Shown here: positions 18,981 to 28,700 of the stretch, piece after piece
Numbering within the stretch: position 1 is the stretch's first letter
Layout of the letters: the number at the start of each line of letters is the position of its first letter
Assembly: GCA_958296135.2 (NCBI GenBank)
Contig: CATQHZ020000001.1
Location: forward strand, 3,072,001 to 3,136,000
DNA: 64,000 nt
DNA from: an uncultured Poribacteria bacterium
GTDB lineage: Bacteria; Poribacteria; WGA-4E; WGA-3G
Direction: 5' to 3'
The notes under the pieces: generated by a model
What the model was told of the DNA's origin: nothing
The model's input: the letters and a program-made list of their open reading frames with translations, nothing else
Databases searched by the model: none
Made by a program: the position numbers and the translations under genes

Positions 18981-20459
18981 TTACTCAAAACCGCCAACCT
19001 TGGCAGCTTCAGGCGCGCGCGTCGGCAGCTCCTTCTTCGCTAATGTGTCTTCAGGCACATAGCCGGAGTAATCTGAAATCTTGCCGTGCGTCAACGCATA
19101 CACGACAACGTTCGTCATGAAACGATACACACCCGGCGAATAGTGCACACTCCGCGTCGGAAGACTCACCGACTCCATCGCGCACATATAGTCACGACGG
19201 ACGACGATGACAGACAACTTCTCGCCGACAGAGATACCTTCAAGGTAGTTCCGTTTCGGTGGACGCGTCCCCCACCAGAAGATGTCAAAGCCTACCGGCG
19301 GGCCACCCATTTCGTAGAAATTGTCGTAGACCTCGTGCTCATTGTCAATCCGCTCGATCTGGAATTCGGGCATGACGTAACGCATCTGCGCGAGGAAGAG
19401 ACGAATCATCGCCTGCGCAGGCGCGTTCACACCGCAGTCGTCAAAGACGAGGAATCCGCCTTTTTCAACGAGGTAGCGGCGCATGCCAGAGGCTTCAGTT
19501 TCGGTGAGACGGCTATCCATCTTACCACCGCCATACTGCCTGCCGAGCAGGTTACGGGACCGGACGAGTGAAGGATCGTGCCCTGTCATGAAGACGAAGG
19601 GTGTTTTGAAGAGGTTCGCATCGGTGAGTTTCAATGCACCGCCTTCAACGTTCATGTCTGTCTTAATCTTCGTCCGCTCGTTGAGCCATTTCGTCAAGGC
19701 GTTCAGCGAAGATGCATCAGCCCACCAGTCAGAGAGGCTGTGACGGATGCGTGTGAACCGGAAGACACCACGAATGTCGCGGCCTTTACCGATGACGCGG
19801 CCACCGGGTTCGCCTCTGGGCAGCGGCGGCACTTCAACGTTACCGAGGGTGATGTTTTCAACGACATCGCCGAGGGCATCGCGCGCCGCACCCACATGTT
19901 CAACCATCGCGAGACCGGGCGGCCGTTCAAACGCCACCTTCACCTGCACTGCACCGCCTGCCACGCCGCGGCCGATGTTCGCCGGGCCAGCAGAAGGAGC
20001 CGTCGCAACGGGTGCAGAAAATGCCAGCGCGCCGGGCGCATCGGATACCGGCAGGTCTGTGTGTGTAACCACCTGCGGCACAGGCGCGTTCGGCGTGACA
20101 ACCTTCGGCACGTTCGGGTTAATCGGCGCATCTACCTTCACCGCTTGGTTGGAAAATTCCAACACCGTCTGCGGTTGGAAGTTGGACTTTGCAACAAACG
20201 CAGTAGTCACACGCGGCTGCACTTGGACTTGTTCAACGACGACAGTGTTCTGCGTCGGAACGGTCGGTTTGATATCAGGCTTGACAACGGGCTTACGTAC
20301 CTTCGGCTTCGGCGGTTCCTTCGGCTGAAGGACTTCGGCACCAACGAGGTCTTTGAATTGTTCCGTCTGGGTAACGAGATAGATACCCGCGATGAAAGCG
20401 ATGACCACGTGTAGCACGACCGAAGTCATGAAGGCACCGGAAGTTCTTTTGGCACTCAT
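18981..20459 (-). CDS. Membrane-anchored Pro/Val-rich protein with DUF4159-like C-terminal domain
   Basis: N-terminal TM helix, TonB-like linker, PFVFMTGH, GGFLVFDDCG, NVVVYALT. Confidence 0.7.
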   Translation of the reverse strand: MSAKRTSGAFMTSVVLHVVIAFIAGIYLVTQTEQFKDLVGAEVLQPKEPPKPKVRKPVVKPDIKPTVPTQNTVVVEQVQVQPRVTTAFVAKSNFQPQTVLEFSNQAVKVDAPINPNVPKVVTPNAPVPQVVTHTDLPVSDAPGALAFSAPVATAPSAGPANIGRGVAGGAVQVKVAFERPPGLAMVEHVGAARDALGDVVENITLGNVEVPPLPRGEPGGRVIGKGRDIRGVFRFTRIRHSLSDWWADASSLNALTKWLNERTKIKTDMNVEGGALKLTDANLFKTPFVFMTGHDPSLVRSRNLLGRQYGGGKMDSRLTETEASGMRRYLVEKGGFLVFDDCGVNAPAQAMIRLFLAQMRYVMPEFQIERIDNEHEVYDNFYEMGGPPVGFDIFWWGTRPPKRNYLEGISVGEKLSVIVVRRDYMCAMESVSLPTRSVHYSPGVYRFMTNVVVYALTHGKISDYSGYVPEDTLAKKELPTRAPEAAKVGGFE

Positions 20460-20609
20460 GTTTTTACCTCCAAGGGATAGTGGTTTCGCGGAACGTATCC
20501 GGTAGGCGTGCTCTATAGGGGCGCGCCTGCCGCAACGCGCACTCAGCGCGCCTACGGGAGTCCGCGGAAATCCTTACACAAAAAATAAAATTGTTGATGC
20601 AAAGAGACT

Positions 20610-20625
20610 TGCAATTTCTATGCCA
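20610..20625 (-). promoter_or_regulatory. Sigma54 (-24/-12) promoter
   Basis: Minus strand TGGCAT-AGAAA-TTGCA upstream of 20459; paired TGCAC(G/A)AAAAGGGG(T/C)AAT sites at 20665 and 20696. Confidence 0.7.
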
Positions 20626-20818
20626 ATTAATATGCAGGTATCGTGGCATCAAAACGGGCAACATTGCACGAAAAGGGGTAATTCTCTCTTCATGCTGCAC
20701 AAAAAGGGGCAATGCCCGATTTATCCGGCAGTCTGATGTCGCCCCGGACAGCAGACCGCGGCGCGTCGGGGTGGATATATCCACCCTGACGAAACACCGA
20801 GAAGGCTGTTACGGCGCC

Positions 20819-21589
20819 TTATCCGCCGATGTGGAGAAGAATTTGTCGATACGCGGCTTCTGTTTCTTCCAACGTCAGTGTGATGCTATTGGACATCAGC
20901 GATGCCTTGCCGCGACGCGATTTGACTGGAAGATACAGGGCCCGCTTTTCGTCTTTGTGCTTCGATTTGATAAACTCGATCTGTTCGCGGATTTCGTTAA
21001 TTGCGTCACGCTTCACCGCAGGCGTAAGCGCGGCATCCACGTTGGACTGGAGCCGCGCAATGTCCTGCTCCAATTCAACTATCTGTGGGTGTGGTTCTAG
21101 CAGCGACTCTCGGTAGACCTCCAATTCAACCTCTACTGCTATCGTGTAGGTGCCTGCTGGCAGCCGGTAATATTGCCGCAAATTTTCCAGCGAGACAGTC
21201 TGCTGCGCGCCGGCTTTCAGTTCAAATCCCTGAATGCATCGAACGGATTTTCCCTGGTGTATCACATATTTTTGCGGGTTTTCCATCGTGATGGGCCGTT
21301 TGCGCTTGACAACCTCGCCGTTTGCATTCGTGACTGTTATGGCAGTAAAAGCACTTTTAGTTGCGACGGTAACAAACGGCACGAAGAGGTCGAATTTCCC
21401 GTTCTGGATGCTGATTTCAAGCGGGATGGCTTCCTTCGCGGCGTAACTGGTTTTTGGCGTTGATAGGTGGATTTCCACGAGTGCCTGCGGTGCAGAGGTT
21501 TCGCCAACAGGTTGTGTGGTCGTCTGCTGGCTGCCGAGGCAACCGAGTAGGAAGACCAGGACGAGATAAAAAGGTGTAAAGCGTTTCAT
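20819..21589 (-). CDS. Hypothetical lipoprotein
   Basis: MKRFTPF...LLGC lipobox; AAGGA RBS. Confidence 0.65.
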   Translation of the reverse strand: MKRFTPFYLVLVFLLGCLGSQQTTTQPVGETSAPQALVEIHLSTPKTSYAAKEAIPLEISIQNGKFDLFVPFVTVATKSAFTAITVTNANGEVVKRKRPITMENPQKYVIHQGKSVRCIQGFELKAGAQQTVSLENLRQYYRLPAGTYTIAVEVELEVYRESLLEPHPQIVELEQDIARLQSNVDAALTPAVKRDAINEIREQIEFIKSKHKDEKRALYLPVKSRRGKASLMSNSITLTLEETEAAYRQILLHIGG

Positions 21590-21734
21590 AAGTTTCTCTT
21601 TCCTTGTTATGTAGGACTGACGCAGCATCAGTTCCGTAGGTAGGATTTCGATCTTGAACGGGTCCAGATCCGGCGAACTCATCTGGTTTCTATACAGCGG
21701 AAACCAGACGCGTCAAACTCATTTGGTATGAGTC

Positions 21735-22823
21735 CTATCGCGATTCAAGCTGCACGCCCAAACCCGGTCGGTTGGGCACGTTGATAAAGCCGTTGACAAT
21801 GTTTTCAGGTGGGGAGACGAGGGCGGCACGCCAGTTCACCTCGCCCCACGCGTATTCCAAGATGGCGAAGTTTGGCACACTCGCCATGCACTGCACACTC
21901 GCGGCAGTTGCGATGGGGCCGCTCGGATTGTGCGGCGTTACCATCACGTTCTGTGCCTCGGCGAGGGCGGCTATCTTTTTCAACCCCAACAATCCGCCGA
22001 CGTGTTTGACATCCGGCAAGATGTAATCGACGCGTCCCTGTTTAAGTAGCCGGTCGAAGGCGGAAAGGGTGCGGAGGCGTTCCCCGGTCGCGATGGGCAT
22101 GGAGGTGGAGCAGCTCACGTGCGCGAGCGCATCCAGATTATCCAGAGGCACCGGGTCTTCCACCCAGAAGAGGTGCAGGTCATCCAACTCTTTCGCGACT
22201 TGGACGATGATACCGGTGTTAAAACGGCTGTGACAATCTACCATCAGTTCGATGTCAGCACCGATTGTGGCACGAATCGCGCGAATCCGATCGATGCCGA
22301 GACGGATGGCTGGCGTGAGGCTGCCGTGTGAGATATTCACCACCGACACATCGTCGAACGGCGCGCATTTTATCGCTGTGAAGCCTTCGGAAACCGCCAT
22401 CTCTGCATTGCGAGCGAAGCCGTCGGGGCTCCGTTCTACCGTGGCGCGGTTGATATTCGCGTAAAGACGAATCTTGTCGCGGCATTTGCCACCTAACAGT
22501 TGATAACTGGGTAGGTTTAACGCCTTACCTGCCAAATCCCAGGTTGCCTGTTCAATACCGCTGAGCGCGGTGTGATAGGCTTGCCCCTCGGCATCGGGAT
22601 AGAACCTGCGTCGGAATGCCTCAAACTGAAAGACATTCCATCCGATGAGTGCCGGTGTCAGTGTTTCAATGATATGCGCGACGCGCGCATCATCCCTGCC
22701 GTGCGATGCCTCACCGATGCTGACTGTGCCATTGTCTGCATGGACTTTGACGAAGAGCCAATCGCCGCGGTGATTCACCGGAACAGTTTTGGTTTCTATA
22801 GCGGTGACTTTCAGTGTGTGCAT
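21735..22823 (-). CDS. Mandelate racemase/enolase-superfamily dehydratase (DgoD-like)
   Basis: WDLAGK, VDCHSR, WVEDP, ATGERL, PHNPSGP. Confidence 0.88.
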   Translation of the reverse strand: MHTLKVTAIETKTVPVNHRGDWLFVKVHADNGTVSIGEASHGRDDARVAHIIETLTPALIGWNVFQFEAFRRRFYPDAEGQAYHTALSGIEQATWDLAGKALNLPSYQLLGGKCRDKIRLYANINRATVERSPDGFARNAEMAVSEGFTAIKCAPFDDVSVVNISHGSLTPAIRLGIDRIRAIRATIGADIELMVDCHSRFNTGIIVQVAKELDDLHLFWVEDPVPLDNLDALAHVSCSTSMPIATGERLRTLSAFDRLLKQGRVDYILPDVKHVGGLLGLKKIAALAEAQNVMVTPHNPSGPIATAASVQCMASVPNFAILEYAWGEVNWRAALVSPPENIVNGFINVPNRPGLGVQLESR

Positions 22824-22882
22824 CCGATCCCAAACTCCGAGGGGGGCGGATAGTTAACAATATCCGCCCTTACAATACCGAA

Positions 22883-23530
22883 TTATGCGTTAGCGGCCCA
22901 CTTGGCTGCTTGTGTGATGAACTTTTGCATCCCGGCGCGTTCAAAGGTGCCGGGGCCGTGTCCCAACGTGGTATAGAAGACGCGTCCTGAGCCGTAGGGC
23001 TTCACCCACGCCATTGGATGCGCCTTGCCAAACCACTCGGCGGAAGCCAAGACGTGAATGTGCGGTTCGTGCGCGGAGATGTAAATTTCATCTTCCACGT
23101 CAAAGTCCACAACGTCTTGCGTCGTCGGGTGTTCGGGATCCTCAATATGCACCGTGAAGGTAGAGCCCGGCGGGTGCCAGTTTGAGTGGCCGCCGATGAG
23201 GTCTGCGGCTCGGCCGCCGATCCACCAGGCGGTGCCATGAATGCCGACGAGCCCTTTGCCGCCGCGGACGTAGCGGAACAAGCCAGCCTCTTCTTCGGGG
23301 GCTAGATCGGGTACGTGCGCTACAGAGCCATCGGCTTGCCGCTCGGTGCGCGTGAAGCCAGTGCCGAAGACGCACGCATCGTAACTGTTCAATTCGGTGG
23401 AGGCTAATATTGCTTTGTCGTCGGTGAGCGTGGCTGAAATATCAGCATCGGCGGCGAGGAAGTCGTGAATGACGCTTGCGCTCGCATCAAAGCGATGGTT
23501 TTCACCGGATAGCACGAGAATTTTTGACAT
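22883..23530 (-). CDS. ThuA-like domain protein
   Basis: GKGLVGIHG, EDEIY, PMAWVKPYGSGRVFYTTLGH. Confidence 0.85.
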   Translation of the reverse strand: MSKILVLSGENHRFDASASVIHDFLAADADISATLTDDKAILASTELNSYDACVFGTGFTRTERQADGSVAHVPDLAPEEEAGLFRYVRGGKGLVGIHGTAWWIGGRAADLIGGHSNWHPPGSTFTVHIEDPEHPTTQDVVDFDVEDEIYISAHEPHIHVLASAEWFGKAHPMAWVKPYGSGRVFYTTLGHGPGTFERAGMQKFITQAAKWAANA

Positions 23531-23685
23531 GATTGTCTCCTTTAGAATTGCTTATCCTGAGAAATCAGACCTAAAAACTGCATGTTGACTATTGTAAATG
23601 AAAACCAGAATTGTGTCAAGTTATTTTTTTGAATTGTCAGGGAGGATAGAGACATCCGTCCTGACACACCCTGGCTGCGCACGGC

Positions 23686-24636
23686 TTATTTTCTTCGCCA
23701 CCAACTTTTTTTATTCTGATACGATGCCAGCAATTTTGAAATCGCCTTATCCTTTTTATCCAGATGCAGCACTGCCTCGCACGCCTGAATTACTTTTTGC
23801 TTTGCTGTCTCATCTTGGGTGTGGGAATAGACGTGGTGATAACTCTGCGCGACGGCGGCGTAATAGGCCGCGCTGTCCACACCCGCTGGTACCTCGTCGG
23901 GGAGTTCAGCGAGGCATGCAACCGCCTCTTCCCACGCCTCGGCGTTCGCGTAACATATAACTTTGTGAAACAACGGCGCGGGTTGCGAATCGTCAAGCCA
24001 ATATGCCTCCTCATAACAGGACACCGCCTCGGTATAGGCATCGTTGGCAATGTGCAATTCGGCGAGTTCGGTATAGAAGGCATAGAGCCCGCTAGTTGTT
24101 ATCGTGTAAAGTTCCGAGCCACTTCCGGCGAGCCATTCTCTCTCCAATAGGAATTCGATGGCGGAATTCACTTCTTCTTCCGTGATACGGACATCAGAGA
24201 GGAGATGCTTCGCTACGGCGGCGTTTGGGAAAATCTTGGTGCGGCTCTTCAGCAGCGGATACGCTTGCACCGGTTTCTCCATCGCCAGCAGTTTAATTCC
24301 CGTTGCGATTCGGAAAAGAGAGACGATTGCGTCGCTGTTTTTGCGCGACATTTCATCGGCTATCTGCTCTCGGTTTTGCGAGAAGTGCAGATTGAGTTCA
24401 TCTATCGCGGCTCGGATGTCGGCGTTTCTGGGTTCAAGTTGATGTGCTTGTGCCAAAAACCGCTGCGCGGCGAAGAGTTCACTCCACTCGCGATAGATAA
24501 CTCCGAGCCGAAAATTGGCGTGTGCAAGCGTCGCCGTTTCTTCGGTTGTACCGAGAATAGTATCGTAAGCCCGAATGGCTTCGGCGAGGTGTCCCTCGGT
24601 CTCTAGCGTTTGGGCGTGATGGATTAGGTTTGGCAT
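23686..24636 (-). CDS. TPR-repeat protein
   Basis: Helical TPR-like repeats. Confidence 0.7.
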   Translation of the reverse strand: MPNLIHHAQTLETEGHLAEAIRAYDTILGTTEETATLAHANFRLGVIYREWSELFAAQRFLAQAHQLEPRNADIRAAIDELNLHFSQNREQIADEMSRKNSDAIVSLFRIATGIKLLAMEKPVQAYPLLKSRTKIFPNAAVAKHLLSDVRITEEEVNSAIEFLLEREWLAGSGSELYTITTSGLYAFYTELAELHIANDAYTEAVSCYEEAYWLDDSQPAPLFHKVICYANAEAWEEAVACLAELPDEVPAGVDSAAYYAAVAQSYHHVYSHTQDETAKQKVIQACEAVLHLDKKDKAISKLLASYQNKKSWWRRK

Positions 24637-24736
24637 TTTTCGTACTAGCGCAAGGCGTTCAATAACGGTGGTTGGTGCGATGTCGTCTTCCTCTGTATCT
24701 CCGCATGCGCCGTTGTTGCATGCTCGGTTTTCGATG

Positions 24737-24949
24737 CTAAGGTTCTAGGGAGGATTCCCATTCCTCTGTCGCGGCGGCGAATTGCTCGGAAAGTTCCGTA
24801 GAGACAGTCTGCTCAAGCACCTGAATCAGGTCTGCGCGGAATTGCGCCCAGTCGTTGCCGCGGCGCGTATACCGAATCCTATCGTCGATTTCGATAAACA
24901 TCGTGTCGTTCGGTTCGGACATGGATTCAAAATAGCGGGTGACGTTCAT
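24737..24949 (-). CDS. Small hypothetical protein
   Basis: 70 aa with AAGGA RBS, co-oriented with neighbours. Confidence 0.55.
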   Translation of the reverse strand: MNVTRYFESMSEPNDTMFIEIDDRIRYTRRGNDWAQFRADLIQVLEQTVSTELSEQFAAATEEWESSLEP

Positions 24950-25017
24950 ATTTTTTCCTTTCTTTTAGTTTTGGCAAGATTGCCTGAGGATTAAGTAAAG
25001 AAACCGGTCATTTTATG

Positions 25018-25710
25018 TCAAAGTATCCATTCATGCATTTCCCAGCCGGCGGAGAGTGCTTTCTCGCGGAGGGATTTTCTCGGGTTCACAACAGCGGGAT
25101 TGCCGACGCACTCTAACATCGGCAGGTCAGATTGACTGTCGCCGTAGGCGTAGCAATTATCAAGTGAGATGCTGTGTTTCGCGGCGAAGGTGTGCATCGC
25201 TTTCGCCTTCTGCTCTCCGATGAGCGGCAGCGTTGTCAGTTCACCGGTGAACTGTCCGGTTCGTTCGCGGAGTTGTGGTGCTAAGACGTAGTCTACGGCA
25301 AGGAAATCGGCAAGCGGTTGCATAATGAAATCTAGCGAGCCGGTTACGAGGACGATTGCCGCGCCTTGCTCCTGATGTTCCTGAATTTGCGATATGGCGG
25401 CGGGAAAGATTTTGGTGCGTAGGTAGTCCTCAAACATCTCCTCGGACAACGCTTTGACACTTTCCACGTCCATCCCGCGATAGTTACGATAGAAGACCTG
25501 GTTGAACCGCGGTCTGCTCACTCTGTCCAAAATCAGGTAGTAAACGATTTTGGGAAGGAACGCCGCCAGCCACAACGGTTTCAAAAAGAGTGGAAGTTGT
25601 GACATGCGCAACCAGAGGTAGTAATGCACAATCGTGGCATCCAGGAGCGTGCCGTCTACATCAAAGAACGCTATAGTATCGGATGCCAGTGGCGTTTTTT
25701 TTGCGTCCAT
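25018..25710 (-). CDS. HAD-IB family phosphatase (SerB-like)
   Basis: FFDVDGT, VTGS, YGDSQSD; TAATG overlap with the upstream gene. Confidence 0.88.
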   Translation of the reverse strand: MDAKKTPLASDTIAFFDVDGTLLDATIVHYYLWLRMSQLPLFLKPLWLAAFLPKIVYYLILDRVSRPRFNQVFYRNYRGMDVESVKALSEEMFEDYLRTKIFPAAISQIQEHQEQGAAIVLVTGSLDFIMQPLADFLAVDYVLAPQLRERTGQFTGELTTLPLIGEQKAKAMHTFAAKHSISLDNCYAYGDSQSDLPMLECVGNPAVVNPRKSLREKALSAGWEMHEWIL

Positions 25711-28700
25711 TATGCACCGTCCTTTGATAGGGTTGAGCCAAGTTTTGCGACTTGGTTTCGCGCCTGTTCCAGAAAATCTTGGTATCTGTCCGCGTCTATA
25801 TGCGCTTTGCCGGCTTGCATATCAAAGGTGAGCGGTTTGCCGAAAACTATGCGGACCGGATGCTTTTTGGGGAGATTTTTTCCTTTCGGGAGCGCGCGAT
25901 AAGTGCCTTCAATGTACGCTGGGATAATCGGCACGTCGGGGGCATAAATCAGCAAGCTGAGGACTCCCTGTTTGAACGGCTGAAGGTTGCCATCAAGCGA
26001 ACGGGTGCCTTCGGGGAAGACAAGCAATCCGTTGTTTTGCGCCATGACTTCGTTTGCCACGCGTAGATCTTGGAGAAACTCGGTGAAGTTGCCCTCCCGT
26101 TCAATTGGGAGCGCGTTGAGGCAGTTTCGCGCGAACCAGCCTTGGAGGCGGTTTGCAAACCAGTAATCGCGTGCGGCGAGCGTCCAGAGCTGATATGCCT
26201 TCGGGCCGAGGGCGGTTATCACCGTGAGTGTATCCAAGTGACTCGTGTGATTCGGCGTGATAATGTAGGGTTTTCCCAGTGGGATGTGCTCGAGCCCGTG
26301 GCACTCTAGTGAGAAATAGTGTTTATAGATGCCACCGATTACGGAGCGGAAGGCGCGCGCGTACCACCGCGGCACCTGCCGAATATCAATTGGTTTCACG
26401 GAGTCGCGAGGTGCTGCGTTATCTTCAGCATCCGACGCGTGGAAGGTCTGCGTGAGTTCAACAACATCGCCGACTGTCTGTAAATTGGCGAGCATCGCGT
26501 CGGGGATGGTGTGGCCGAGGCGCGCTTCCAAGAGAAGCAACAGGTCGAGTCTCATGAGCGAGTCTAGCCCGAGGTCGGTGTCTAAACGGCTTTCTGGACG
26601 AATTTGATTAACGGACATGCGTGCTAACCGCGCGAGAGACGCTAAAATTTCTTCCGGAGTACCTTCTGCAGTCTCGATTACCTCACTTGGAGGCGCGCTT
26701 TGCAAGCGCGCCAGACGTTCCTGAAGCATTGCCTTCACGCGATGCCTATCAATCGCGCCCTCGGCAGTCTTGGGGAGTGCCTCTTCCCACAGATGCGTTT
26801 TGTGAAAGTGCTGATAACTCGGCACCTGTTTGGCGCGCGCCTGAAGATATTTTTGAATCGCTTCCTCGGTAGCGGGATGACAAACCGGGTCTACGGATGT
26901 CGCGTTTGTCTCTTTCGGCACAATGACGGCGTGGATAGCTGTATCGGCCCCGTCTTCATAAGGAATGCCGACGACGCACATCTCCGAAATCGCTGGATGC
27001 TCTTGATAAAGTGCCTCCAATTCCACAGGGTACACATTTTTGCCGGAGGCGGGGACGATAATATCTTTGCAATGCCCCGTGATATAGAGATATCCCTCTG
27101 GGTCCATGAACCCGAGGTCGCCCGTGTAGAGCCATCCATCGCGGATGGCTTTCTCCGTGGCGTTTGGATTTTGGTAGTATCCCTTCATCGTGCTTGGGCC
27201 TTTGGCGATGATTTCACCGATGCCGTTGCTATCAGGGTTTTCGATGTGGAGTTCGACTCCCTCCACCGCCGGTCCGACAGAGTCGCGCTTGCTTTTCAGG
27301 TATGGATTGACGCTGAGGACAGGCGCGGTTTCTGTCATTCCGTAGCCTTGGTAAAGGGTGAGTCCAAACGCTTTAAATTCATCGTAGATTGCGGCGGAGA
27401 GGGCGGCACCGCCGCTGACTAGCACCCGAATCTCCCCTCCCATGACGGCGCGTACCTTCTCTGCCAAAGTCTGCCCTGGCGTTTCGGTTCGTTCGGCCTG
27501 CCGTTTGATAGTGCTCTGGAGCATCTGGAATAGCCGTGGCACACCGATGAAGGCAGTAATTTTCGCTTCACGCATCGTCTTAAGGAGCGTCGTTGGGCGG
27601 AGCGCGTTGACGTAAATCGCTGTTGTGCCGCTGTAAAGTGCCATCAGCAGGCTGCACGAGAAACTCAAGGCGTGATACAGCGGTAGCGCGGACAGGATAC
27701 GTTCGTTATCTGTCGGCGGCAGTGCTTTTGCAACAGCGCGAACGTTAGAAATAAATCCGCCGTGCGTTAACATTGCGCCTTTCGCGTCCACCGTTGTGCC
27801 CATGGTGAAGATGATCGAAGCGACGGTATCGGGCGTAATCTTGACGTTTGGGAAATCGGCGGGGAGCTCCGATGTCGCTGTCATCTGGTTGATGTTCTGC
27901 ACCTGCGGTTTTGCCGCCGTTAATGGCTTGCTGCACTTGGCTAAGACGCTTGCAGATACCAAAATGGATTTCGCTTCGGTGAATTCGGCGATGGCTAACA
28001 TCTCGGGTGCCGGCGTTTGCGCGTCAAGTGGCACTACCGCCACGCCAATCTGGACAGCGGCGAGGTAGGCGATGCACCACTCTGGCTGGTTCTCCGAAAC
28101 GAGGAGGGCCCTGTCACCTTTTCGGAGGCCACTTTTCCACAATTGAAATGCAACTTGGCGCGAGTGCGCGTAGGTTTCCGCGTAAGTGTACTGCACCCAC
28201 TCTCCATCGTTTACCATCTGGAGCGCGATGTTGTTGGGAATGCGCTTTGCCTGTATCTCCACCAAATCGACGATGGTTTTGGGGGAAATCCGGTCGATGG
28301 GGTTTTCTGCATCATCACCGGTCGGACGTAGAAATCCGTCCTTACAATTCTCGTTGGGCAGTTGCGCCTGGGCGGTTGCAGCGGGGGCTTCCGCTTCGTC
28401 GTCAGCATCCGATTGGCTTTGTGCTGCCGAGGTGGCTTCGCCTGCCGTTGGCGCTTCCAATTTCAGCACGTGTCGTTTGATGCCGGGAATATGAATTTCA
28501 TGAAAATACTGCTTCCAGTGGATTTGCGAGACATCAAAGTTAAAGCGTTGCTGTTCTGTCGGGGAGAGTGCCTCCCAGAGTGCCTGCGTTTTCCCTGTCT
28601 CGAACTCAAAGTTGGTGCGGGTGTAAGGGGCGTAAATGCGGATGTAGTGTAGCAGTGCCCTGATGCTGCTCTGCTTCACGACAAGTTTGCGGCGGCGGCG

